A DNA stretch of 64,000 nt from Microbotryum violaceum. Its lineage: Eukaryota. The position numbers and the translations under genes were made by a program. This document shows positions 45,901 through 58,544 of this stretch, piece after piece (positions within the stretch are counted from its first letter, which is position 1; each line of letters opens with the position of its first letter). The DNA lies in the NCBI GenBank assembly GCA_001244265.2, contig CDLV01000019.1:310001-374000 (forward strand), read 5' to 3'. The notes under the pieces were generated by a model, which worked only from the letters and a program-made list of their open reading frames with translations, did not search any database and was not told the DNA's origin.

Positions 45901-48900
45901 GGGACCTGGAGATGGAATGACATGTGCGAGCTCTCGCCGACGGTTCCCCTCTCCGGTATACCCCTCATCGCCGCCAAGTCGCTCTGTCATGACGCGCTGC
46001 AAGACGCCTTCGCTTGCCGCCGGATCCGCCGAGATGGAGGCAAGAAGATGACCTAGCCCAGCGTTGACAAGGAATTGAATAACTGATTCCAATTCATCCG
46101 CAGCCTCGGATGAGCTCGTCGAGTCGCCAATCACGAATGCGGCAAGGTATTGGGCTGGGCAAGAGACATCGTTTGGTGCAAGCATGTACACTCGAACCTA
46201 TTCACAGAAGCGCCAGCAAATGAGCAACCAATTAAAGCGACGCGCAGACATAGTCACCGACCTTGGTGCCAGCGATCGGAGGGTTCGGTCCCCGAAAGAT
46301 ACCCTCGAGCTCCCGTGTGGTTTCATACACGATTGGCGGGTCAACCATGCCAATGAGCTCGTGACGAAAGATTTTCTGGCCGCGCAGGCGATCTTCCGCC
46401 TTCTTGTCCTTCGAATAAATCCGTGTTGTCCTGATTACTTGTCGCAGTTTCGTGTCGTCGACATGCAGGTTGAAGGTCTTTCCATCCGAAAGGATCTTTT
46501 GGATAATGCGCTGCATGTGGGGCTCATCCAAGCCGAACCTGGGCTTTTCGAATGTTGCTCGATGTTGCCTGAGAGGTTTAGAATCGCCAGTAGCCTGAAG
46601 GAATGACGGATAGCTCAGGTCTGAAACTTGCTGAAGTGTGCGCATCGAGACTCCGCCGACAATTTTTTGCACCACGCGCAACGCCGTGGGAGATGCCAGA
46701 GCCAGCGCGTGTTCAAAGTCGAGCAAAGCTTCGTCTCGCACATAGCCTCTCATGTCCTTGCCTTGTGCGTCCCGCCTATGCTTGATCACGGCGACTTTTG
46801 CCATACCTTTCAGAATGTTGGCTCCAGCCAGCTCGCCGGAAACTAAACCTTGAGCGAAACGAAGATAGACCTTGCCATCTTTGGTCCCTAAAAGTTCCTC
46901 CAGACCTTGGTGTTCCTTGAAAACCTTTGACATCAAAGCCTCGACGGAAGCCAATCGTTTATTCGTGAACTTGATTGTGGGTCCGACAGCCCGAGGACGA
47001 TGTAACGCCTGTGAGAAGGCTTTCGTGTGAAGCAGTGCCTTGCATTTGGCGCAAGACTCCAATTTCGTTCCACATTGCGACTCCATTCCGATCCTGGTAC
47101 AGTTGACACTGTTCACTCGGGGTGCTGAATGATCGTTCACCCACGTCCACTCGTTCGCTTCCAGATTGTTGATCTCACGGCGTTCAGAACGAGTCAATAC
47201 ACGTTTGCCAATTCTTGGGAACCTTCTCTTGATGAGCTTTAGCCGAGATGGTGCGCCTCCGCCTCGAGCAGAGCTCTTTGAGAGGTACATCTCTACACGC
47301 TTGCCTGTTAAGCCGGGACATGCGGGAGGATCGGTAAGGCTTTTGCCTTGCGACTGGACAGCCGTTTCGGCGGGCGATCGAACAGCAAAGTAGTGGTCGA
47401 TCTTGCGCATGTTCGTGCACGGAGGCTTTTTGTTGAGATGCTTCATGAAGCGAGTGACGCCGTGCCGTGTCTTCATCTTTTGATACGTACGACAGCGACC
47501 GCACTGCACCATCCTGGGATTCTCGATCTTCACGTCCGATCCTGGGCAGAGCTGCTTGACCTTCGCCCTAAACTCAGCAAATGCTGCGGGGCGAGCCTTC
47601 GAGTATTCGACGTCTTTAAGATGCTCCTTGGCTAGTCTGACTCGTCGTGCTGTGATTGATTCCCCCGACTTCGGAGTTTCGTCGTCCGTGGTGCAATCAT
47701 CGTCCGTGGTGCAATCGTCGTCCGTCTCGGAATCTGAGCAGAAGCATATCCCGGACCATGTCTGCTCGTCATTATCGATCTCGGCCATCTCCTCGACGTC
47801 CAACTCGTTCCTGTCTATGCCGGCAATGGGCGCGGGAAAGTCATGAGTGAGATGTTGAGATTTGGTTGCGAATGTTGCTAGTCGGTGAAACTGGCGAATG
47901 CGAACGATATGAGCGCGACCGGCCGAAAAAGGTGGAACCAAAAGAAGCTCGGTTTCGACGACATTGATAGCCGCTGGTCCGCACGAGGAGCCGTCAGCCT
48001 GTTGAGCCATGCGGCCTTGCTTCGGTTCAGTGTTGAGAATATGCAGCTCGAGGTAGTCAAACAAGGCCAGTGCCGAGTTGCGAGTAATCTCGTCGATCCG
48101 AATATGCGAGAGCGAGTTGAAGAGCGTCCATGTCCTTTGCCCAACATCAACACGTGCCATTGCCCAATGATCGCGAAAGCAGAGCGGGAGAAACCAGACC
48201 GATTGAGGGCGAGCTCTAACGAAAGATCGAAGGTCGGCGAGAGTTCGATATGGGACAAGAGGAGATGCGAAGATGTACTTGTCCAAGACTTCACGTTGAG
48301 GGGAGTCAGATTGATGTTTTCTTGAAGCGACCAAAATCGCCATGAGATCGGATGGGAATGCCCCGTATACTTTGTCGGGTGCTGTTGACGCTTGTACACG
48401 CGATGAAGCTAGTACGCTTGTGATGGCAACGTCCATCGCGGTTTCTCCAAGCCACGTTGTCCCTAGAAAAAGCACGAAAAATAATCCCAATCAATCACGT
48501 GATCGAACAAATGAACAAATTGGCTGCTTACCGACGAAATCGAGCAGCGTGCGCAAGGACGCGCTACACCCGAGGATCATTGAGGGGGTATATTGGTCCT
48601 CAACGAGCAGTGACGGCAGCACCTCCAGAGCCTTAACGATGAGAGGCTGATTTTCGATATCGACACCCAGATAACTTTTCATCCACTCTTAGCTATTGAT
48701 AACGACCGAACGCATGCGCTCGGCGTAATCTATATGCCACCAGATCCTTTCGACACCGAAAGGCAGCCGGTGCCCGGTGATAGCGATAGACCGGTAACCT
48801 TGTTTACGTGCCGCAGTGATTGCTTCACGATCCTTGAACTTGTCCCTCCAAGCGCGGAGCGGCCTAGGAAGAGTATCAAACTCGAGAGGCTCGTCTGTCG

Positions 48901-49481
48901 ACCACGAAAGCTGTATATGCGTGTCTGGGTTGTCGAAGCGGAAGGTGAGAAGCTCAGACACCCTGACGTCCAAAAGGGGTGCCATCCGCTCAAAATCATC
49001 GTCAAGGAGCTCGATATCCGGATCGTCCAGATACATTTCGTCAAGGCTGACTGAAGCGAGAACGTAGGATAATGACGATGTTGGCACAGACGACGCAACG
49101 CGGGAAGGCAAGAGACGCGCGCAAGGCTCAGACTTTTCGTTCATCCAGCCAAGTGGCTATAATTGCAAAATCGTTTAACCAGCCAAGAGGCTATAATTGC
49201 CAATTAGAGCCCTTGCTGTTACTTCGGTACAGCCCAGAGTGTTTCCCACGCGCTCCGCACGTTCTTGAGGGTCGGCAAACTTTGGCGTACCAAGCCGAAT
49301 GTGGCTGAAATGGGTCCCCGATTTGTCCACAGGCACCTACGGGCCTAGACCCCACCCGCACCGGCGCGCCCTGATTTGTCCACCCCCGACTACGCGCCTT
49401 CGCAATTTTGGCCCATCTGAGGCCCAAAAGTTGTCCAGTCGGGCACTACGCGCCTCAGGCTGGGCTTTCGAGGGTCCTCGC
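42994..49481 (-). mobile_element. DNA transposon of about 6.5 kb with (sub)terminal inverted repeats, encoding a P-element-like transposase
   Basis: Perfect 25-bp inverted repeat 43005-43029 / 49446-49470, extendable to 34/36 bp, bracketing one multi-exon minus-strand gene. Exact outer ends and TSD not resolved. Confidence 0.8.
43253..49144 (-). pseudogene. Ulp1/C48-like protease plus Cys/His region plus P-element/THAP9-like DDE transposase; one in-frame stop and one frameshift
   Basis: Protease: WL..., HWAMARVD, FNSL, QQADGSSCG. Transposase: LHVDDTKL, ISADPA, DEKHLSKNLRS, DRQDDNATHRAFS, TEMVEHFF(GGLRK). Lesions: TAA at 48689-48691 and an A8 run at 45276-45283. Confidence 0.75.
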
Positions 49482-49773
49482 GGGCGCCTAACCCTTATAA
49501 TTAGGAGAAGAGGACGCGCCCTTGGGCCAAGTTAGTCTCTCCTTAGCGACTAACGTGAAGTGTCCAGGTGAGGTCAGGTGGATCAGGAAGCATTGCCATA
49601 GCAACGACTAACGTAGAGTGTCCAGTGTCAATCCTACATACTTTGGTCCTGTTCTTATTCGGCTCGAGCGGTTCCACTGCGCCCAGCGACCTGCCCCTGC
49701 GACAGTCTCCTGCACCTATCCAGCGACCTGTGCGCCTACGACTGCGGACCTCACACCTACCACGGAATTCACC

Positions 49774-52371
49774 ATGAGCAAGCGTAAAGGTAAAGGACGA
49801 GAGGCCGATCCGCCGTTGGCGTCCGCGGCATCGCTATGCCGGACCGGCGGTGGCATCGACGCCACGGTGGGCGTAGACGCCGCGCCATCAGCGACTCTGA
49901 TCCCCAAGTCCCACCACAACAACGTACGACACGGACGCGGACCTCTGATCCGCGACTCGGATGATGACATGGCCATCGATGATGAGCAGGACAGTACACG
50001 TCGTCGCGGCGCTGACTACGACCACGACATCGAGCCCGACCTCAACGAGGGAACTCGCTTGTTGGTGGACCGTGCACGTGACGAGGCGGAACGGGGCGCC
50101 CTGCATCAAGACTCTGGCCTCGATTCCGATCGACGACGGCTCAAGCCCTCGCCAGGGCCAGTCGTTCGATCTTCCAGCAACAAACTCAAAAGGCGTAGAG
50201 GAGATTCAGCAGCCCCATCGCAGCCGCAGCCGGAGTCACTGCACCGTTACCGCAGTCGCCGGGCCTTCGGAGCGCGCGAAATTGGGTGCTATCTGCTCGG
50301 GATCCTCGCCTTCACCAGCTTGCTTACGCTCGCTGTCGCCCATCTATGGATTGGTCACCTTGTCTCGGAGCAGTCTAAGAAGGGCGATCTGAAGCAGATG
50401 ATGCAGCGTGGGCTTATCGTCCAAGGGCCTACCGCTGTGCGTATGACCGATGGCGATCCCAGTGACGGCTCAGCGTTTGTACTCGAATTGGATCTGCTCG
50501 CCGGCGTCGACGTACGGAGAATGATCGGCTGGGACGATAAGCAACACAACAAGAACTGGGTCCGGCGATTGGAGGATCGTATGGCCTCCTGGCTGACGAG
50601 ACGACTCGACACGGTCAACGTCGATGTGGGTCGAATCGCAATCCGAGAATCTTACACGACTGAGCACCATCGAGGTGCCGCGCAGGCAAGACAGGGCTCG
50701 GCTTTGGTTGTCCTTGATCACCTCGCGCCCCTTTTCGTTCCGTTGACCTATTCCCGAGATTTGAGTGAACCTAGGCTGGGTGCACTCGCTCTGCAGCTCC
50801 CTGTCACCTTGCCGAACCCCGACGACCTGAAGGAGGTAGCGCACAAGATTTGGGATCACCGCAAGTATGATTTGGAGGTTCAAGTCGACAATATAGCCGT
50901 CATCTTTGACGGCACCCGTGGAAGCGGCATCTTCGGAAAAATTCTGCGTCGCCTCAGTGGCAAAATGAACATCGCAACCGTTTCGCGACAAGTTGCGGGC
51001 ACTGGTAAGTGCGCACTCTCCGTAGCTGCCAAAGCTAGGCGACGGCCGAGCTGAGGCTGATGCTTCCGGTGTGACTCCTTAGTACCCGTTCTCCCTGCCG
51101 CTTCAGACCCTGCATCACTCATCGAGGTGCTCTTTTACGATATTGCCGAGCAACCTGGTCCGGACCCCAACACGACCGTAATGGGCCTCACCGGCAGAGC
51201 ACGGCTGACGAACCCAGTGGCGAACGCGACAGAGCGAGGGGAAATTCCAGCTTTCGCGTGGGGCATGCCCTTCCGTCTCCCCATGGATGTCCTGCTGCCG
51301 ACTCCTCCGGCAACGGTTCCTCCGCTGGCCCCCGGAGCCAAGTACGCGGAACGGGACGAAGGCATCTTGCTCGCCAAGGTTGAGGTCGCACCTTTCCATT
51401 TCGCGGCAGGGCAAGAAACGTCCATTGTTTCTTTATCTGGTCATCTCATCCGAGCCGACAGTCGTATCGAACGATCAGATAAGGACAAGGAACTCTCGGG
51501 CGCTCTCAGTCGGTTCTTGGCGCGCTACCTGGATGGCAAGAAGAATCAAATTCTGGTTCGTTACGATGTGAAGGCAAACGACGGTAACTCGCCCGACGGC
51601 AAGCTGGCGCCTTTTCCACCCAGGATTGTCGCTGGCTTGGTCGAGGATGTGACAGTGCCGTTAATCTTCCCAGGCTCGCAAGAAAAAATGCAGCTGTTCA
51701 AGAACCTCAAGATCGAAGACATGAAGATCAAGCTTTCTGGCATGTATCGTCCCCTCGCCCACGCCCTGAGCCTGTGGGGAAAAGGCGAAGGCGACGAACC
51801 CGAGGGCGATTTGCTTTGTTCCGGCAGGGTGGTGGGCGAGATCGACTTACCGCCGCAGTTCAAGAAGGTCGAGATGTTCCTCGACGTCAATGGTATCTGG
51901 CCGGACGTGTACGTGTATGATGGAGACCTGCCCCAACCGGTTAGGCTCAGGCGACGCGATCAGGTCATCTTTGGCGCGCACGATCTTGTGGGGCAAGAGG
52001 TCGCAGTCAAAGCTTCTCGATACCCTCCGAAGCCGACGCCTGCAAACGCCTTTGCACGTCTCCATCCTTCCTCACTGATCGTCGCCTCGACGATCCACGT
52101 ACCTGCGAACCGAACGCACAATGCGACAACGCTGATCTCGGCCAATTTCACTGATGCACCCTTGTTCCTTCTTCCTGGCCGAGGCGACGTTTTCCGACGG
52201 TTCGTCGGCAAGATCATTTTTGGTGGTCCTGGCGCCAAGGCGAGAGCGGGAGTGAGAGGCGTCAGCGCTGCAACGCTTGGTGTGGGTGGGCTAGGATCGA
52301 TTGCTGTGGAAGGATTGCCGGTCGAGGGGGAGTTCTGGGTCGGCAGCGGGGGAGCCGGATTGGCCGAGTGA
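49774..52371 (+). CDS. single-pass membrane protein, Tag1 (YLR173W)-like
   Basis: Disordered N-terminus, TM segment YLLGILAFTSLLTLAVAHLWIG, beta-rich remainder (LDVNGIWPDVYVYDG, APLFLLPGRGDVFRRFVGKIIFG). Intron near 51005-51082. Family call tentative. Confidence 0.6.
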
Positions 52372-53603
52372 GCCCGTAATCGGCTTTGTACTATTAGAGG
52401 ACATGCAAAACTCTGCGTGTCGTAGGTTTTCGATTATTTCGGTAGACATGTGTGTATAGAAGTACCCCTTGTGACATTTTTGTTCGGCATTCCAGTACGG
52501 TTAATCCTCGGGCTCTGTTCTAGCCAAACAGTGAGAAAACAAAGAAGAGGACACCAGACGGAGCCGCTGTGCAACGCGGTCTGATGCGTACACATGAGAA
52601 AAAGAGAGAGAAAAAGCAAACACAGCGAACCCCCACACAGCCCCACTTCATCTCCATCATCCCCATCCCTACGGTCCCGCCGCGTTGCCTGGTTTCGGCC
52701 GAGCCAGAAATTCGAAGCTCAGCTCATAAGAACGTCATTCACTGTCCGTATTGTGAGCACCTGGTAGGTGTTATCAGGTAAGTACACCGCCTGACGCCCT
52801 GCCTGCAGTGCCTAGTCCTCATGCAGTGGCGGAGCTTTGATCACACGCGCGCTAGAATAGCAACGTCCTAACGCCGCGGAGAAACGATCCAGACTCCAAA
52901 CCCCGCTACGGGGATCGAGGCCCGGTCGACACCGCAATCAAGCTCGTGGCAAATGTTCCGACGTCCGACAGTTGGAACGCGATGGCTCAGAGTTTTATTA
53001 GGACCTGGACATATCTCGGCTTCGCACAGAACGGCATCCGAAAATGCTTGGGTCTGGTGCCTTGGGTCGGTAGTAGGGATGGTAGTTAGATTCTGGACCA
53101 CTTCCCTGCAGTGCAGGGAACGCCCGCCACGGCCTCTTGGCGGCCGGGGTCCGTTCAAAACGCCGATTTATGCTTGAGAGCGGCCTGAAGCCAGCGCGCC
53201 GGCGCCGTTGCGGCGTCGCGCGCAAATTCCGATGTTGCGGTCTAGTCTTTCGCTCCTTCACACGAGGCTCTAGCACACGAGGCTCTCGCAATTCAACACA
53301 TCGGTTACCAGCCCGCTTGCCCAGGATCCCAATCTACCACTCCGCTTGCCAGTGCGGCTTACTCCTACCTGGTCCTACCTTCTCCTCCCTCTTCATTCCG
53401 GTATATTTTTAGTTGTTATCATCGTGAGTGCTCAGCTTCGACCGGGCGACGATGCTAGTCAGGTTCACAGTGGGCGTCTGCAACTCCTCGCGCTAACTCT
53501 GACGGTTCTCATTCAGTCGACGGGGCGCGACACCGAACCCAGTCTCCCACAACAGACCCCGCCTCGATTCTACACACAACAAAACACTTGCCCTTCGCAC
53601 AAC

Positions 53604-54653
53604 ATGTTCATCAGTACTCTTCCCATCGCGGCATCGATCTCACGCTCGCCCTTGGACCCCTTACTCCGACGAGAAAGCTTTGCGAGCTCGCACGCACGGG
53701 AAGGCCCCTCAACGGCAGCTCGGCCCGAAGTTGTGCCGGGGTCGGCCTCGTACCCAGGCGCCCATACCAACTCCACCCCGGAAATTCATCAAATTTACCG
53801 TCGCCAGTCCACTTTGAACTCGTTCCCCACGTTGCCTTCGAGATTCGAATCGGACCTACCTTCGCGTCGAACGCAGTCCATGTCCGGCCCGCTCCGTCCG
53901 GGTTCTTCGATGACGACGCCCGCGACCTCCGCGCAGGTCTATGCTCGATTGTACGAGACGTTGGTGGAAAGGTGTTCCGAACGTGCAAGGTCGATTGCTG
54001 CTAGCTCTTCTCGTGACCAGGCCGACCAAAGGCTACCCAGCGTCGAGAGTGAGAATTCGCAAACGAGGAAACGCCGCCAAATGGAGGAGGATACCGTCGA
54101 CAGTGACTCGACAGCGGAGGCGAACTCTTCAGCAAAGAAGACACGACTCGAGGAAGAGCGATTCGAGGAAGAGGAAGAAAACCTGGATGCGATCAAGGAG
54201 GAAGAAGAGGAGATAGTCATGCGCGGGGCCGCGGGCCAACCGAAGGCAGAAGTTCAAGAGCGACCCTGCTCGGCACCACCATTGTTGCCCTCCCCCATGA
54301 CGAGGTCAAAGACGAAGCTCGCCAACCCTGCTGCATCGGACGACGCGTTAAGAAGGTCCATATCACCTCTGGGTAAATCCCACAAGCTTTCACCCCGTCG
54401 AGCTGCGTCACCACACGTTCTCTGCCGTCGCATCATCGCTTCTCATCGTGGCTCCGCAACGGGAGTCAAGTCCACGCGGCACCAGCCCGTGTTCGAAGGT
54501 CCTCGCCACTGCACTAGCACAAGACCGTGTCGCTCCGAGGCTCTCTTGGGTGTTCTCAAAAGCTTCGAACTTGTCTTGCAGACTCGGGCCCAAGGATGGA
54601 GGTTGCTAGCTGTAGAAGGGGAAAAAATTGAGCTGCGCCGAGGCGGACCGTGA
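53604..54653 (+). CDS. hypothetical low-complexity protein with acidic/basic tract
   Basis: Long uninterrupted ORF with first ATG at 53604; no domain recognised. Confidence 0.55.
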   Translation: MFISTLPIAASISRSPLDPLLRRESFASSHAREGPSTAARPEVVPGSASYPGAHTNSTPEIHQIYRRQSTLNSFPTLPSRFESDLPSRRTQSMSGPLRPGSSMTTPATSAQVYARLYETLVERCSERARSIAASSSRDQADQRLPSVESENSQTRKRRQMEEDTVDSDSTAEANSSAKKTRLEEERFEEEEENLDAIKEEEEEIVMRGAAGQPKAEVQERPCSAPPLLPSPMTRSKTKLANPAASDDALRRSISPLGKSHKLSPRRAASPHVLCRRIIASHRGSATGVKSTRHQPVFEGPRHCTSTRPCRSEALLGVLKSFELVLQTRAQGWRLLAVEGEKIELRRGGP

Positions 54654-54915
54654 TTTTAGTCGCCGAAGCAACGTGTATCTGCTGTAATACATCTGTGGAT
54701 ACCCTTTCCACACTCTTTCTTAGCGCAACAACACTTATGGGGCACATTCGTCAAGGGTGACGGAGCCCTCGAGCTGGAGTTGATGTTGTTATTAAGATGA
54801 TACGGCACATGAACGGAACAATCAAGCTACGAAAGACCCCCAAGACACAAGAATCACTTAATAATATACGAGTATACAACAGTTAAAGCCACCACACCCG
54901 ACACGAGCCTATTCA

Positions 54916-57493
54916 TCATTGAGCCTCCTTGATCTCGGCGTCGTTCGCTGATCGCACGGGAGAGGTCTTCTTCCCAGCCTCCATCGATTCCTCTTCGTCG
55001 CCTTCCTCGTCCGCTTCGTCGACGGGCGCGTCGGGATCAGCAGGGAGGAGCGCGTTGAGGATGGATGCAATAATACCAGCGATCAAGAAGGGAGTCGACA
55101 AGATCTGCAAGAGGAAGGAAGCACCGAGTCAGTATAGTCGAAGTGGAGAGCGTCTGAGTGAAAGGACAACTCATAATGATCAAGGAGTTCTCGAAACCCT
55201 TCAAGCTTGGCTTGGTGGTGGTGGACGTGAAGATGTACGAGCTCCAATCCGGGACCAAAAGGATACCAAGACCGAGCGACAAGGCGGAGGCGAGGATCAT
55301 GCGAGCTCGGCGCGTAAAGGACATGTAGGACAAGACCCTGAAACCCGAGACGGCGACCGAAGCAAAGAGGAAGGTCGTCACTCCTCCGAGTACGGGCGCT
55401 GGAATGGCGAGGAAGATGCCACTGATCTTGGCAAGGATGCCGATGACAATCAGTGTTGCGGCGCAGAAGTAGCCCGCTGTTCGGTTCGCGCAGCGTGTGA
55501 TAGAAATGACACCGTTGTTTTGGGCAAAGATGGAAACGGGCGCGTTCATCATCAAGCCCGAGAGGAGACCGTTGAAGCCATCGCCGAGGATACCGCCTTG
55601 GACACGACTATCAACAAAGGTCCCGTCACCGGTTGACGAGATGCCTCCGAGGAGGCAGTGATGTCGCCTGTCGCTTCCATTGCCAAAGAGATGTAGACGG
55701 CCATGAGAGGCAGGATGGACGGTCCATGCACCTTAAGGGGGAAGGTTCTGGGGGCGCAGAAGCGGGAAATATTTGTCAGATTGCGCTAATACGCTAGACA
55801 GCCCGAGATCCAGCCCCAAAAAACTCACTCATTCCACAAGAACGTGGCAACGGGGGCTTGAGTGATAGAACTGCCGTCGATGTAGCCAAGGGGTCCGGCA
55901 ACAATGCAGCCGACGACCAAGCCGAGGATGATACTTCCGCTTCGCATCGCAGGCGAGCCGAAGAACTCGAGGAAGATGATAGTCAGGAAAGAGAAAAGGC
56001 CGAGACCCAAAAAGCGAGGATTTCCCCATTGATAGGCGCGCGGGGCAGTGATGTTGGGGCAAAGAGCGAAGAACCCGGTCTCCGGTCGAGTGTGGCAGTT
56101 ACCACTTCCACCTCCCCAGTTCAAAAAGCCAGAATCACTTTAAAACATGGTCCCATAAAAAGATCAGTTACGTCTCCCACCTTTCTCCGCGATAGGAGCA
56201 GGACGTGGACTGACCCGATAAGGCTGGCGCCGATGAGCAGTATGACGGTGCCGGTGACGACAGGGGGGAAGATCCGTTTCAAGATTTTGGGCGGCACAAA
56301 GGCCATGCTCATCTCCAAAATAGAGGTCAGACACGATGTGCCGAGGCTAGCGAAGCAAATTTCAAATCATAAGTTCGCTGAATCTCGGTACCGACGCCGT
56401 GAGACGGCACTTACAGGTAGCCGTACGCCTGAGGGCAGTAACCTCGGACGGTGACACCATTTGCAACCGTCGATGGGCAGGTGCCATCAGCGTAGAGGGT
56501 GTTGAAGATGGCCGATGCGGTCGAGAGCGTGGCGAACGAGGTACCAACGACGGTTATCAATCCTGTGCCGAGCCAGTACTTGCGCTTGGTGAAGGGGATG
56601 GCGAAACGAGACATTTGGAGCGCCGACAAGAAACCCGAGGCGATAAGCGAGACGGCGACGGCCTGGTTCTGCTGCGCGGGATTGAACCCGAGCTGGTTGG
56701 CGAAGATGATGGGTGGTGTGACAAGACCAGCGAGCATGGCGAGCGCATGCTGGAATCCGCAGATGAGTGCCAGAAGGATTGGCATTTCCTGATAGAGTGA
56801 ACAGAAGTTGGCAAAATCAGGGGTCAGCCAAAGATCCATCCTGGTGCAACAAAGGCTGCTCGTGGCATGTACCTGGTCAAGAGCGTAAAAGGGCACGGCG
56901 CTACACGACCAACGGAAGTGGAAAGCGACGCTTAGTGCCTTGTACTATTATGCAACGCAGCAATCTATCGAGTGCCGAGAGGAGCAGACCTACCGGGCCC
57001 GACGCTTCCTGCCTCGACCGGCGGAGAATGGCAGCGTTGGGACGCACAGGAAACCGCTGTGATGAAAGCAGGTTCGAGGTTTCTGTCAACTGGACGAGCG
57101 TGGTATGCATTGGGTAGGCTCCTTTTCCGAGAAATGGAAAGATACAACTCACAAATCTGCGAGTCACACCCGACATCGGAGAAACGTGGCGTGAAATTGG
57201 AGCACCTTATCAGCCCTTGCTCGAAAGCGCTAGTCGCGTGCCGGAGCCGGAGCCGGTGTGGCCAAGAAAGACGAGCGACACTGCGTAGACAGGGAGTGGT
57301 AGGTAGACTGACCATAGTCGCCCATCCATCCTTCCTTGGTCGTGAGCTTCTTCTTGATCTGTTGTAGCGAAGGCAGGTGCGCCGCTCCGTCACCTTCGTG
57401 GGCATCAAAGTGGTGTTCGTCCTCGGCCGCGGAGGGTAGCACCCTCGCCGTCGACGGCATCTCCTTGGCTGAAGGCTGCGAACTCAGAGACAT
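54916..57493 (-). CDS. NCS2/NAT-family purine (xanthine/uric acid) permease, UapA/UapC-like
   Basis: GFQHALAMLAGLVTPP, VVGTSFA, FPPVVTG, NAT signature FAQNNGVISITRCANR, IPAPVLGGVTTFLF. Confidence 0.93.
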
Positions 57494-58544
57494 GTGGTTG
57501 CGCTCGACAGGCGGTCAGGTGCTGGGGTGGGGGAGAGAGGGGAGGAGAGGGGAAGACACTGAATGCGGGTAAGGGTCAAAGAAAGCTCAGACAGTGAGGA
57601 GGAAGCAAGATTAGCCCAGATAATAGATAGATGCTCATCGGACTGCGGGCTCCACAATCGGAGCGCGGGAACTCGGCGAGATAAGCGGCCTCCCTTGGGG
57701 CTCTGAGACGCGCTCCGGCTTGACCTCGGAGTCCGGACCCAATAGGGTGCAAAGTCTACAAGGTCGTGGTGACGTGGTTGCGTCCCGTACTGTCTGCTCA
57801 GTTGGCCCCAAATTACCTATTCGGCCCCAACGTCTGAGAGGATAAGCTATTTTTTGCGTCCCAGACTTCTCCAACTTGAAGCAATCCGTAAATGTACCCT
57901 TCCTGATCTCAAGTGTCTTCAATGCGTTGCTGAGGTACCCATAGAATTCTGTGACTGTAGGGATACTTCATGGGCTTCCTTTGCAGTCGGCCTCGTAAGT
58001 ACTCGGTAATACATTCTTACCCGGCGAGCCGCAACGGCCGGGGTGCCGATGTTAGACCTTGGCCGATGGATGGACAGCGTCTCCGCGATGGCCGCACCCC
58101 CGTCATCCCCGGAGGAGTGACAGGCAAAAGCCGCTGATAGACCGTAGGGACCGGGGACCTACATCTCCGCATATTCCATATCAGCTCCGTATCAGATCTC
58201 GCGTATCTAACGCTTTCGAAAGCTCCCAGGGCTGGAGGCCCTGTTCTCGATCTCTTGGCGATCTAACCCCTGTCAGAGGCTTCAGGGATGGTTTCGGTCT
58301 CGGATCCGACCCGTTACGCTCCGGCTGACGAGTCTCATAGGTAGGGGCCCCAGTCTACGGCAAAGCTCGTGAGGTCAAATCTGGTGGGTTGAGAGATCTC
58401 TTCCATAGTCAATAATGACCGTGGCCGACACCTTCTATCAGACGCCCGGCAAAAAAAGTAAGCCCATCTCCCAGGCTCATAGAAAGGCACGTGATCAAAC
58501 AATCTCAATTACACTGCAAATTCAGGGCTAAGTTTCGAAAAACA

